Below the pieces are notes generated by a model, which did no database searches, had not been told where the DNA came from, and saw only the letters and a program-made list of their open reading frames with translations. A DNA stretch of 64,000 bases from Octopus vulgaris. Lineage: Eukaryota. The stretch covers positions 2,418,001-2,482,000 of the forward strand of contig OX597834.1 in assembly GCA_951406725.2 (NCBI GenBank), in the 5' to 3' direction. Both the position numbers and the translations under genes were made by a program. This document shows positions 1-13,252 of the stretch, one piece after another (positions within the stretch are counted from its first letter, which is position 1; each line of letters starts with the position of its first letter).

Positions 1-359
1 AAAAAATATTGTCTGGCATGCTCTCAGCACATGAAACTAATAGTAGCACATAAAAACACTGTGTTTATTAAATTATATATATATTTATTTATTTATAAGA
101 GGCTTTAGGTAAAAGAAAAATGCAGGAGGATCAGTTAATTATGATTTCATTCAACATATTCCCCTCTCAGATTGACAAACTTATTGCAGGGGTCCTTCAG
201 TTTTTCTGACCCCTGTAAAAAGAACTCAGAAGGTTGGGACTTCAACCAGGCCTTTCGTGACACCCTTAAAGCCAGGAACCTTTCAGTACCCCATTTCATA
301 TGCGTAAATATGTACATACATATACACGCATGTGCGCACACACATACATATATACATAC

Positions 360-458
360 CGACAGACAAAAAAGAGCCAGCCAGCCAGCCAGACAGCCAG
401 ACAGACAGACAGACAGACAGCCAGCCAGCCAGCCAGTCAGCCAGCCAGCCAGTCAGGA

Positions 459-501
<43 letters not shown>

Positions 502-522
502 ACAGACAGACAGACAGACAGA

Positions 523-608
<86 letters not shown>

Positions 609-767
609 GCCAGCCAGCCAGACAGACAGCCAGCCAGCCAGCCAGACAGCCAGCCAGACAGACAGACAGACAGACAGCCAGACAGACAGACAGACGGCCA
701 GCCAGCCAGCCAGCCAGCCAGTCAGGACAGCCAGCCAGCCAGCCAGCCAGCCAGACAGACAGACAGA

Positions 768-862
<95 letters not shown>

Positions 863-1010
863 ACAGACAGACAGACAGCCAGACAGACAGCCAGACAGAC
901 AGACAGCCAGCCAGACAGACAGACAGACGGCCAGCCAGCCAGCCAGCCAGCCAGTCAGGACAGCCAGCCAGCCAGTGCCAGACAGACAGACAGACTGACA
1001 GACAGACAAA
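360..1010. repeat. compound (GCCA)n/(GACA)n tetranucleotide microsatellite
   Basis: Alternating GCCA and GACA tracts with a recurrent GTCAGGACA interruption. Explains the Q/P/A/S-rich ORFs here. Confidence 0.97.
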
Positions 1011-1780
1011 TTAAAACAGAGCCAGTTGTCTCTCTTACTCCTGAACATAGTTTAAAATAACCTTGACTAACAGCTTTGTTTGAAAGTTACCCTGACCTAA
1101 ATAATCTTGATTAAGAAACACACTTCCTCATCTGTTGGTCTTTGTTTAAGACATTTCCTCGTCTTTGTTGTTGTTGTTGCCACTTTATAATTAATCACGT
1201 GGTGAGGTGAAAGGTTAATTTCTATTAAAAAGATTTTAGTATCGCCACCACCCCGTCCCCACATCACTTTGATGCGAAGAAATTTCTTCTCGATTTAAAT
1301 AAAATATAAATTCTATAAGAAGCGGGATGTGTGCCGTTAAGAGTTGATGGATGTCGGAGATAAAACAGGTGACAGCTAGGCAAGTGGTTGCAACTATTTT
1401 GGGTACAGCTTTCTTTCTTTCTTTGTGTGTGTGTGTGTGTGTGTGTGTGCATACATATATATACACACACACACACATATTCAAATATACAATATATAGA
1501 GAATTAATAGCAACAGAAGCAGTATTAATAGCAAAAGACAATCTCCGATTCAACTTCAAGGTTGGGTTAGAAAACAGAATGTGGACTTCTCATAAAGCCT
1601 CGTGGTGCATCAAACCCCAAGTATTTATATCATTTACATTCGAAATGAGTGCCTTTGTGCCCCACTTATCCATATGAGAGGCCCTCTCATAGCAAATAAC
1701 GTAGGGTTCTGTGTTATTACAAAACCTTCATCTAAGATTACCTTATATATTTTTTGTAGCCGTTGGTTATGGCCACTTAG

Positions 1781-1841
1781 AAAGTGACCATTGGTTTCAC
1801 GTCTGTCAATGCTCTTAGCAATGTATGACTCATCAGACCAG
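1781..1841 (-). ncRNA. degenerate type-I hammerhead ribozyme-like motif
   Basis: Minus strand reads GGU-CUGAUGA-GUC..CAUUGCU AAG AGCAUUG..GAC-(GU)-GAAA-CCAAUGG-UC-AC. Core boxes, stem II, short stem III and a GUC triplet are present, but there are 2 extra nt before GAAA and stem I is weak. Confidence 0.4.
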
Positions 1842-2480
1842 ACCCGCTGGCTGGAGGTACTAGTGAAGATAAAAATATAGACTTGGTCAGCTTTGTATTG
1901 AACCCCCCCACCCCCCACCCCTGAAACGAAATTTTTTCAAAGTGAATCTCCTGGGAGAGATGGAGTTGCGTCCATTTGAACTTGTGTCCGAAAAGGATCA
2001 ATTTATGTCTATTCTCTGTTCATTAATCAGTGAGCCGGGAAGCCCACGTTTCTAACATGAATTTCCTATCATGAGGGCACCGACTGAAAATATATAACAA
2101 ACTGCGTGTCATAGTTAAAGCAGATATACATGGTTGAAAGCCAGTTAAATTGCAGTATTCATCTCGAGAAAGCATCTCTCATATATGTATAGTGCTAAAA
2201 AACACAGAAGTATACCAGTAGTAGACGAAAATCGTCGAGCAGCGAGCGAGGCAGTGCTAAATACGTATTTCTGCCTTTTGGAGCAGAGTCAGGACTCCTT
2301 CTCTGTTCGTGCAACTCTCTTCGCTTTAGCTTCTCTGATCACATCTGATTCTGAGCGCTGTGCTCCAGAGTATAAACAACGCAAAAGTTCCAGGGATCGA
2401 TCTCCAGCAAGGTGTTCCCAAGTAAGTTATGTTACTTTTTCAAGGCTGTCGCGAGTGTCCTTGTATCTCTTCTTTGGCAC

Positions 2481-2531
2481 AGTAGCAGCAGCAGCAGTAG
2501 TAGTAGTAGTAGTAGCAGTAGTGGCAGCAGC

Positions 2532-2582
<51 letters not shown>

Positions 2583-2736
2583 TGCAGCAGCAGCAGCAGT
2601 AGTAGTAGTAGATGTAGTGGCAGCAGTAGCAGAAGCCGTAGTAGTAGATGCAGCAGCAAAAGTAGTAGTAGTAGTAGAAGTTGCAGTAGTAGTAGTAGTA
2701 GTCGTGGTTTTTGTTGTTGTTGTTGTTGCTGTTGTT
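2481..2736. repeat. (GTA)n/(GCA)n/(GTT)n trinucleotide microsatellite
   Basis: Directly visible. Confidence 0.95.
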
Positions 2737-2849
2737 TAACCCCAGGTCAAACCTGATGGAGAGGATATTTGATAAAACTAATAGCAGTTGTGATCATTGC
2801 AGTTTTTTAAAAAGTATGTTGAAATGGTGGTGGTTGTGATAGATAGATA

Positions 2850-3030
2850 GGTGGTGGTTGTGGTGGTGACGTCAGTGACGGTGGTGGGGGTGGTGGCGAT
2901 TGATGGTGGTGGTGGTGGTGACGTCAGTGACGGTGGTGGGGGTGGTGGCGATTGATGGTGGTTGTGGTGGTGACGTCAGTGACGGTGGTGGGGGTGGTGG
3001 CGATTGATGGTGGTGGTGGTGGTGGTGATA
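2850..3030. repeat. 52-bp tandem repeat x3, each unit carrying TGACGTCA
   Basis: TGACGTCA at 2867, 2919 and 2971, exactly 52 bp apart, within the unit GGTGACGTCAGTGACGGTGGTGGGGGTGGTGGCGATTGATGG. Confidence 0.93.
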
Positions 3031-3051
3031 GGTACTGAAAGCTTTCACTTA

Positions 3052-3225
3052 CGTTGTTGTCATTTAGCCCCAGGCCAGCACTAATCGAATAGTCGTGGCC
3101 ATCCCACCTGCTTCTTACTCGGAGGGAAACCGCGGCGTCGCTATCCACCGGCTCTCGTTTTCAGGCGATGAGATATGAATTAAAGGACATTTTGACTGCT
3201 ATTTTTAGCATTTGGCGAGACGCGT
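3052..3225 (-). mobile_element. interspersed repeat family C (degenerate copy)
   Basis: GTTGTT..TTTAGCCCCAGG start and TTTGACTGCTATTTTTAGCA end, shared with copies near 2710, 7665, 15260, 47050, 48735, 52010 and 57765. Strand inferred from a presumed (CAA)n tail. Confidence 0.55.
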
Positions 3226-4113
3226 TTGTGGTAGTAGGGTTGAGACGATGGCGGTGGTGATGTTGGCGAGGATGGGATTACAGGAGAGAGAGAGAGAGGG
3301 GGGAGAGGGGAGGTGGGTTAATGGTGTTGGTGAGGATGGGTAGGAGTGTGGGAGGGAGGGATGTATGGAAGGCGGATACGGGTGGGGCCGAGGTGGGGGA
3401 GAGGGCTTGGTTAACATTACATCACCAGTTGATATTTCAGATGACATGACACTATATACACCCCCCCCCCACACACAAACACACATGTATACGCATACAC
3501 AATTATTGACACATACACAGAGTACTAAATACTCTTACATACTCACATACATATACACAGACGTAAACATACACAAACACGTATCTATATACATATACAT
3601 ATACACAAATATAAATACGCTATATATATATATATATATATATGCACATAAATTTACACGCACACACATATGTGCATACACACACATGCACACATATACA
3701 CACACATACATATATCCACATATATACACCCACACAAACCCAAATAAACTAAAATACATAATCAAGCATGTTTATTATTCAAACAATAAATAAAAATACA
3801 TCTTCGGGTGGGTAAGGGGTTGAATCGAAGGCAGAGTAGAGAGAGAGAGAAAGAGAGAGGGGAGAGAGAGAGAGAGTAGCAGGGAAACGGGGTGGGGATA
3901 GAGATGTATCGATAAGACTCGAAGAAAATATATTGATTTTTGTCCTTTAATGCTATTCAGGGTATCTAACGGGTATGGTTGGGGTGGAGCTGTTAATGTT
4001 GTGTTGTCGAAATATTTACATTAAGCGTGGGTGAGGATCTGGGTAGGGGATAGATTTTGGAAGGGTAAACAACTTTTGATGAAAAAAATTAACATTTACA
4101 GACGACTACAATG

Positions 4114-4145
<32 letters not shown>

Positions 4146-4240
4146 ATAATATATATATATATATTTATATTTTGTGTTTGTGTGTGTGTATATATATACA
4201 TAAATATAAAGCTCAAGGGACACATTTATGCATGAATGTA

Positions 4241-4278
<38 letters not shown>

Positions 4279-4354
4279 CACAAACACACACACACACACA
4301 AATACATAAATACACAGACAGGAATATAGAGAGACGCAAAGAAAGACAGAACGA

Positions 4355-4371
4355 CAGACAGACTGGTAGAC

Positions 4372-4451
<80 letters not shown>

Positions 4452-4838
4452 GCAAGTAAACTGGAGTTTCTGGCCAAGAAAATGGTCACACATACACACA
4501 CACACTCATATACCTACACATACATATATACGTACACATATATACACATATATTTTCCATTGGGAAGCTACATAGGATGATCTGCTTTTCTTAACTTGAT
4601 TGCATATTTTATCCATGACCGCCGTTTTATCCTTCTCTTGTACTACAGATCACGTGATTTCAATGACAAATAGATCGAGAGATTGTCGGAAGGGTATTAG
4701 CTGATCAAGTCGTAACATCACTTGCTGATCCACCCAAATCTTTGTACTAGTATGAACTACATGCTGATCGGGTGGACAGACAAATACGATGTGTAGATGT
4801 TGAATGGATAAATAGGTAAAGAGCGTAGACGCATATTG

Positions 4839-4888
<50 letters not shown>

Positions 4889-4898
4889 CAGATAGATA

Positions 4899-4992
<94 letters not shown>

Positions 4993-5010
4993 CAGACAGA
5001 CATATATATA

Positions 5011-5041
<31 letters not shown>

Positions 5042-5047
5042 AGATAG

Positions 5048-5078
<31 letters not shown>

Positions 5079-5085
5079 GATGGAC
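4355..5085. repeat. (GATA)n/(TA)n microsatellite blocks
   Basis: Visible tracts at 4370-4451 and 4838-5082. Confidence 0.93.
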
Positions 5086-5386
5086 ACAGTGTGTAAATGT
5101 TGACTAGATAGGTAGACATGGTGTGGATGTTGATCGGATAGACAAAGCGTGTAGATGTGGACTGGGCAGAAAAACAAGGTGTATATGATGTTTACAAAGA
5201 ACAAAAGTACCAAGTACTCAGTGCATGAGACAGAGTATGTTTATGGATGTATATTTGACTGGTGATATTTGGTTTTTAAGTTTCACGACAGTTCCATCAA
5301 ACGCCATATTGCTCTGTAATTGGAGGCTTTCCTTTATCCAAGATGGTACCCGAACCTCACTACTTCGTTCGTCAACATCTACATAA

Positions 5387-5432
<46 letters not shown>

Positions 5433-5724
5433 TGTCTTTATTATATGTAATCTATGTTGAAAATTTGTTTCTGGGATTGTATATGTATATTATTCCTCCG
5501 TCGCGTGCTTCAATTGTCCGAGACTAATCCTTTTTTTTCACGCTCGAGTGATTTCAACTAGCGTTCTTGAAACTTCAACAGTCAACGAATTCCGTTCAAC
5601 CAGGCAATTGTTCAGTAGCATCACTCCTCTCCCTCGCCAGAACCTCCCTCTCGTCTGCTTATTCCCCAATCATACAAAAAAATTCCTTGATTACAATCAC
5701 AAAATATCCATGCTAGATAAAAAA

Positions 5725-5895
5725 AGAACGATCTTTTCTATTATAGATTTTAAGGGTGGGTGAGGGCTAATCGATTACATCAACCCCAAACACTTGATTG
5801 GTACTTATTTTATCGACCCCGAAAAGATTAAAGGAAAAAGTCGAACTCGGTGGAATTTGAACTCAGAACGCAAAGAGTGACTAAATGCCGCTGAC
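5725..5895 (-). mobile_element. tRNA-derived SINE family B fragment (Meta-like central domain)
   Basis: GGTACTTATTTTATCGACCCCGAAA..AAGTCGAACTCGG..GAATTTGAACTCAGAACG matches the copies at 58.1-59.4 kb. Confidence 0.8.
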
Positions 5896-6904
5896 AGTGG
5901 CGGCTCGTGTAGAGGCACAGCCAAACTGCAGCGCCCCTTTGTACCGCTCGATATTATCGATAACATTTAATATAATGAGTCCTGTTTTCGTTAATTTTTT
6001 CTTTATACTTGTACGTTATATAATCCTTAAATTTAATGTCAGTAGTCTTCTCCTAGTTTATGAAAACATACAAAAATCTTTGTATAGAACTGTGCGCTTC
6101 ACAGTTCCAGCGACGCGGTGTTTGGCTGTTGTTCACATGCTCACATGTCCGAGACAGGAAGCTTCACACTAGGGAGAGAGAGCACTGTCGTTGACGCAGT
6201 GCCGTTCAAAGGTGGTGTTTCTTTTTGACTCCGCGTGTGTTAAGAACGTGTTTATATTCTTGAATGTGATAAAGTGTAGAATTAGATAATTATCCTGCTC
6301 CCAGCTCCAGTGTTGCTGCCAGGATTAAAAAAAAAACGAGGGCAGACTTTCCCTCCTTATTTTGTGATTTAGGGGGTGACTTTTGAAAAACAAGGGGGAT
6401 ACGTGGCTGTGTTCAGTGAACAAATTAATCACACACTCCCCGGCAGTGGCTAAAACGCGAACCGATCAAGTTTATGTGTAAATATTCTTTTTATATGTTT
6501 CTTTCCTTTTCCACAATATTAAAACAACGGTTAACATTTTTCTGAAGCAGCAACCTCACTAATTTTATCTAGGAGTCGTTACTGGTCGCTGAGCATTTTG
6601 TCTGCATGCCAAGGATTCGGCCAGCTCGCCATCTTACCCTGATGAACCATGAATAAAGATATTTTTCATATATTAGATGAAACTTCGATGTCACTTACAA
6701 CTTTTTTAAAGTATACAAACACCCCTCCTACATACATACATACATACATACATACATACATACATACATACATACATACATACATACATACATACATACA
6801 TAAAGCTGAAGATCAGTGAAAAAGAGAACACCTATGCTAAACTATTGAGAAATCTGCTATCCAAATTACTCTATCCAAATTACAAGTTCATGTTTATACC
6901 TGTA

Positions 6905-7238
6905 ATTATTAGGGCACTAGTATATGTAACACACTACCTAAGTACTAATCTTGAGAAATTAGGCTTCTCAAAACTAGAAAGGAGAAAGCTAGTTCGAAGA
7001 CGACAGATCTAATCCATCACCGGAACTGTAAAAATCTGTAAAACTTTCCAGAAGTTTATCATTTAAATATGTCTAGATATGCAACTATATGCACGAGAAT
7101 ACATACATAAAGCAAAACAAACAAACAAACAAAAATACCCTGTTGTTGATGTTGAAATTCCAATGAAGGAGCCTTGGATCTAGGTTCGAAACCGACTCTT
7201 TCTCTTTTGGCAAGAAATCTTGAAATAAAACTCAATAA
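6905..7238 (+). mobile_element. 5'-truncated LINE-like 3' end, copy 1
   Basis: Near-identical to 25890-26226. Encodes LEKLGFSKLERRKLVRRR, resembling the post-RT 'L..L.L..LE.RR' motif of CR1/L2/jockey-group LINEs. Ends in AATAAA..AATAAT plus a microsatellite. Confidence 0.65.
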
Positions 7239-7269
<31 letters not shown>

Positions 7270-7404
7270 CATACATACATACATACATACATACATACGT
7301 ACACACACACATATTTATATATATATACCTTTTTAGCATTCACACGTACATAAGATACATGCATACATAGACATATACATATAAACGTAGGTACAAATAC
7401 ACAT

Positions 7405-7484
<80 letters not shown>

Positions 7485-7807
7485 TCGTGCGGTGTGAAGC
7501 CATACTGACACATTAGCGAGATGACCAGTTGTCCACCTGATAACCTGATAACACAAAGTCAATCCAAGCTGGTCGCTGTGTGCTAGACAGACATACACGA
7601 AGGTCACACGTTCGCGTCGCATCACGAGCAAGTAAATATATTGGCCCCTTATGTGCAACATGTTATTCAGCCCCACGGCAGCCCTGAACCAAAAGTCATA
7701 TGATCAGAAACACTCGGACTCCGATCATCGGTTTCTTTATTCAGGCAGAGTGTATCTAGGATATAGGATACATTAAAGTATCCTTGAATAAATTGTGAAA
7801 AATAAGC

Positions 7808-7945
7808 CTCTGGTGGTACCTATTATTCTTCTACAGCCAGATGGACTGAGGCAGTGAAAATAAACTGTTCTCTTTTGTAACACACTAATTTTGCTTGCAG
7901 CGGAATCGAACTCACGATTTCGTGGATAACAATCCAACATCTTGC
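7808..7945 (-). mobile_element. degenerate tRNA-derived SINE (family D)
   Basis: Minus strand has a B box GAGTTCGATTCC followed by TGCCTCAGTCCATCTGGCTG..GGTACC, similar to 55067-55270. Confidence 0.45.
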
Positions 7946-8130
7946 TGAGCCATCTTGCATCTACATGGCGCTGGAGTATCTCCTTTAAAAACGGCTCATT
8001 TGGACATGTAGCTAAATACCATGAGGTAGAGATTAACTGATAGTGTATCCTCGACCACTCAGGTTAGCTAAATATGCATAGGCACCATGAGGAGGAACAG
8101 ACAAACGATTTCAATTTACTGAAATGATCT

Positions 8131-8392
8131 GGGAAAACAAACTGTCAAGGTATCAGTTGCTCTCCGTCAGGTTTATGGTATGAGCCGGTGGCAGTCGAGA
8201 CTTCGGGCAGTTCTTGGTCCCCGGACGGACCATCTCCCTGCTCACAGCTATCGGGGAGAAGAGATTGCTGGTCGCAAGTGCGCCCCATCCCGCGACTCAG
8301 AGTAGCTCTTCTAGCGAATCTCCGTCGTTATCCCCCGGGGCAACGCCTGTTCCATTTTGTCTGTTGGTGCCATGAAAAATGTTGAACTATGA
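8131..8392 (+). pseudogene. CRE-clade non-LTR retrotransposon C-terminal (restriction-like endonuclease) relic
   Basis: Across frameshifts: ENKLSRYQLLS..EPVAVETSG/VLGPR/TISLLTAIG/EEIAGRKC..SE*LF*RISVVIPRGNACSILSVG. Matches the 'K..KY..F.PVAVET.G..G...QRIS..IQRGNA..I' C-terminal pattern. Confidence 0.75.
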
Positions 8393-8494
8393 TGAAAATA
8401 GAAAGTCACCTTTGCTTTCATATCAATAACACCTGAAAAACCCAGGCGTAAAATTACTGAATAGTTATCTTCACGATCGTCATGCAAAAGCTTG

Positions 8495-8650
8495 GTAGCG
8501 ATCGGGGTGAGTAACCAATTTATATATGTGTATATATGATGAAAGGCAAACTCGACCTCGAAGGAACTTGAATGCCGAAAATAAAGAGCCGGACGAAACA
8601 CTGGTATACATATTGTCCGGCATGTAAACGAATCTCAGCTCACTGGCTTC
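8495..8650 (-). mobile_element. SINE family B degenerate fragment
   Basis: GATGAAAGGCAAACTCGACCTCG..CTTGAA..GGACGAAACAC. Confidence 0.65.
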
Positions 8651-8856
8651 AATGATAAAAATTTGTTTAAATTTAACAAAGAAGCATGAGATGAGATGAG
8701 CGGTGGGGGGGGATTAAAAGGACAGTTTACGAATAATGATGATGATGAGAAAGATTCCTTGATTAGCCAATTAGGCGTTGTATGTGTCGAATCCGTCATA
8801 ATGTCAGGATATATAATGGGAGGACTAATAATGTGTGTACATACTTATACACGCGC

Positions 8857-8911
<55 letters not shown>

Positions 8912-9639
8912 TCTATATATATATATATATATATAACACACATATATACTTATAGATACCTACCTACCTACTTACATTTCTACATATACACACATACATA
9001 CATACATGGACAAATATTCGCACGTTTTAGCAAACTCACACAAGCATACACACACACACACACACACACACATACGCACACAGACACACACGCGCGCACG
9101 CACACACACTCATGCACGCACGCGCACACTGACATAACCTTTAAATATCTGGTCACACGTGACCGATTTCGACCGAACTCTCGCTATTTATATCCCGTCT
9201 GCTGCGCCATTCCATCAACACAGTTCAACCGGTCACGTGTTGTTGACACAAACTCTTGCGTTCGCCGTGTCTTACAATCTCTCCACCCCCACCCCACCCC
9301 CATCTCCACCCTCTTCCAGATAACCATTCTCTTAAGACCTTTGTCGCACCATTCTTTAGTTCCGTTGCTGTTTCTATGGAGGAATATTTGCCATACCAAA
9401 CCAACTCATCTCAGAATTATTCGGTTCCAGTGAATAGCAATGGATGCCATTAAATACAACTGACCCCTTTTCGAGTTCAGTTCCTGACCCCTTAGTAGGG
9501 AATTAGCAGATGTTTGAGTATAATAGGCTGTCGAGTCGAGCGAGGAATCATTTTTATTAATATTATTTGAAATATTGGATGACCATCACGTCGAATTAAA
9601 CGGCTTCTAATCAGGACACATTACAAACACGAGCGCGCG

Positions 9640-10490
<851 letters not shown>

Positions 10491-10589
10491 GAGAACGTTT
10501 ACATATGTACCTATGTATATCTGTGAGCATATATATATATATATATGTGTGTCTATATATATGTGCATATATGTATATGTGTGTATATC

Positions 10590-10640
<51 letters not shown>

Positions 10641-10641
10641 A

Positions 10642-10674
<33 letters not shown>

Positions 10675-10864
10675 TTGTGTGTGTGTGCAAACAGACACCA
10701 ATAATTAAAAAACAACAACAAAAAATGGTTCAGAGAATTTAATCAACAACACGGCGGGAAGAATCCTTAAAATTATGAAGCTCCTCACCATGTTGCCAAC
10801 CCCTGGGCATCAACCTTCACTTACTGTAACCCCCAACAAGTATATATCTCCCTCTCCCTCTCTA

Positions 10865-10897
<33 letters not shown>

Positions 10898-11049
10898 GTT
10901 GATGAAGAAGATTTTACCATGAATGGGAAAGGCAAAAAAAGCGCAATGCACCCGTAACGTTGCCAATGGCGTTGTCCCTCCTGGAACCGGGTATTTTCTC
11001 TGCCGCTGCTTTTGCCGCGTCAGAGCATCAAACGCTGAACTATCACTAT

Positions 11050-11296
11050 CATTAACGACGTTTCTGTTAGAATTAGTTTATTTTCAAAATTGATGTGTAC
11101 CTCAAATTCCTGTTGAGACCAGCCTGCCAGAACCCGCCAGCTTCCTATTTAAAGCAATCTAAATTAAAAACTTCCATCAAAATTTCATGTTAAATTATGT
11201 TCTAATGACAAAGTTATTTTGGAAAATTTTTCTTTATTTTCAAAATTGAAACGAAGTTAGTGCATTTCATCAAAAATATGGTAAGAAAAGAGCTAA
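11050..11296. mobile_element. possible TTAA-type (piggyBac-like) MITE relic
   Basis: AT-rich segment from TTAAC to ATGGTAAGAAAAGAGCTAA, resembling a ...AAAGGGTTAA terminus. Ends are degenerate. Confidence 0.3.
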
Positions 11297-11928
11297 ATGT
11301 ATGGGCCAGGAGTGGCAGTAGGCAACCATCTATCAGTGTCGCTATTATGGAAGCTAAGTTTTGGCGAAGTTTTGGAAGCCTCTGTCTTCTGGCCATCTTC
11401 TGTAAAAGAAACAACCATCTTCACATTCTAGGGTCTCCTTGACAAAATGGACCTGGAAATCTTTTAATTCATTTATTGCTTTCTATGCCATGTGACTTCC
11501 TGTTCAGGGAACCAAAACGACCATAATCCACCCGGTTCTTTCACCCTGCAACGATGTGGAAGCTCTCCTGATATGATTGAAACAATTTAATAAGAGACGA
11601 TATTATTTGTTAACCGGACCAAAATGTGTTCATGAAGCGACGTCGCTTTTTCTAACGAACTATTCATAGAAACATCACTTTTAGCAATTTCTTAACAAAA
11701 GGGAAAATTACTTTTGATCGTGACTGAGATTTGAACCGGCATTCACAAAATTTTCTTCTTAAACCGATTCCTTGTTACTTAAAAAGGTTTCAGTGAGAAG
11801 TAGGGAGAAGTACAATCTTAAATCACAGACATTCAGCACTGTAGTGGCTGCGAAGAATTTTCCGATAGCTACAAAGGGAACAAAAAACACAGAAGGAGGA
11901 AATATATACGCATGCGCACGAAATTTCT

Positions 11929-12025
11929 CACACACATACATACATACATACATACATACATACATACATACATACATACATACATACATACATACATACA
12001 CACACACATACATACATACATACAT

Positions 12026-12056
<31 letters not shown>

Positions 12057-12205
12057 TACATACATACATACAGACACACACATACATACATACACACACA
12101 CACACACACCTACATACATACATACATACACACACACACATACATACATACATACATACATACATACATACATACATACATACATACATACATACATACA
12201 TACAT

Positions 12206-12236
<31 letters not shown>

Positions 12237-12316
12237 TACATACATACATACATACGTACATACATACATACATACATACATACATACATACATACATACA
12301 TACATACACACATACA
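11929..12316. repeat. (ACAT)n/(AC)n microsatellite
   Basis: Directly visible. Confidence 0.96.
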
Positions 12317-12416
12317 AATATATTTTATGTGGGTGGGTGTTTGTGTGCGTGTGTAAAATGGAGCTAGTGTCGGCGAAATTTCTTAATCGCAATCACCTTT
12401 AATTTCGTTTGAATAC

Positions 12417-12628
12417 TATTCTTTTATTTGTTTCAGTCATTTTGATTGCGGCCATGCTGGAGCACCGCCTTTTAGTTGAACAAATCGACCGCTGGACTTA
12501 TTCTTTGTAAGCCTGGTACTTATATTATCGGTCTCTTTTGCCGAACTGCTAAGTTACGGGGACGTAAACATACCAACAACGGTTGTCAAGTGATGGTAGA
12601 GGACAAACACAGACACAAACACACAGAT

Positions 12629-12667
<39 letters not shown>

Positions 12668-12789
12668 CACCGCATATGTATGCGAATGGTTTCTTTCAGT
12701 TTCCGTCTACCAAATCCACTCAATGTCTTGGTCGGCCGGAGGCTGTTGTGGAAGACACCCAAGTTGCCACGCAGTGGACTGAACCCGGA
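12417..12789 (-). mobile_element. SINE family A, head-truncated
   Basis: Matches the other family A copies from tail to B box. Confidence 0.9.
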
Positions 12790-12818
12790 GTGTGTGTGTA
12801 TTATAGTTATATGTATAT

Positions 12819-12934
12819 ATGGTTCCGGGTTCAGTCACGCTGCGTGGCACCTTGGGCAAGTGTCTTCTGCTATAGCCTCGGGTCGACCAAAGCATTGTGG
12901 GGGTTTGGTAGATGGAAACTGAAAGAAGCCCGTC

Positions 12935-13018
<84 letters not shown>

Positions 13019-13252
13019 TTATGTATTTATGTATTTACGTGTGTGTGTTTGTGCCTGTCCCCGCCACCATCGCATGACAACCGATGTTGATGTGTTTACG
13101 TCCCCGTAACTTAGTGGTTCGGCAGAAGAGTCCAATTGAATAAACACCAGGCTTACAAAAAATAAGCCCATTGGTCGACTTGTTTGCCTAAAAGGCGGTG
13201 CTCCAGCATGGACACAGTCAAAATGACTGAAACAAATAAAAGAATAAAGAAT
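12819..13252 (+). mobile_element. SINE family A, head-truncated, inverted relative to its neighbour
   Basis: ATGGTTCCGGGTTCAGTC..CCTTGGGCAAGTGTCTT..GGCGGTGCTCCAGCATGG..GACTGAAACAAATAAAAGA. Confidence 0.9.

Noticed and set aside
172-1060. Three long overlapping Q/P/A/S-rich ORFs
   Set aside because: Tetranucleotide repeat open in all frames, with no splice or coding signal.
2185-2739. 184-aa ORF with a possible donor site (CAA/GTAAGT near 2420)
   Set aside because: No recognisable domain, and the second half is (GTA)n. An exon cannot be supported without transcripts.
6635-6660. Isolated CTGATGA (also at 40538 and elsewhere)
   Set aside because: No stem II or GAAA box downstream, so not a hammerhead.
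11440-11700. Possible transposase N-terminal fragment on the minus strand
   Set aside because: No diagnostic motif recovered.
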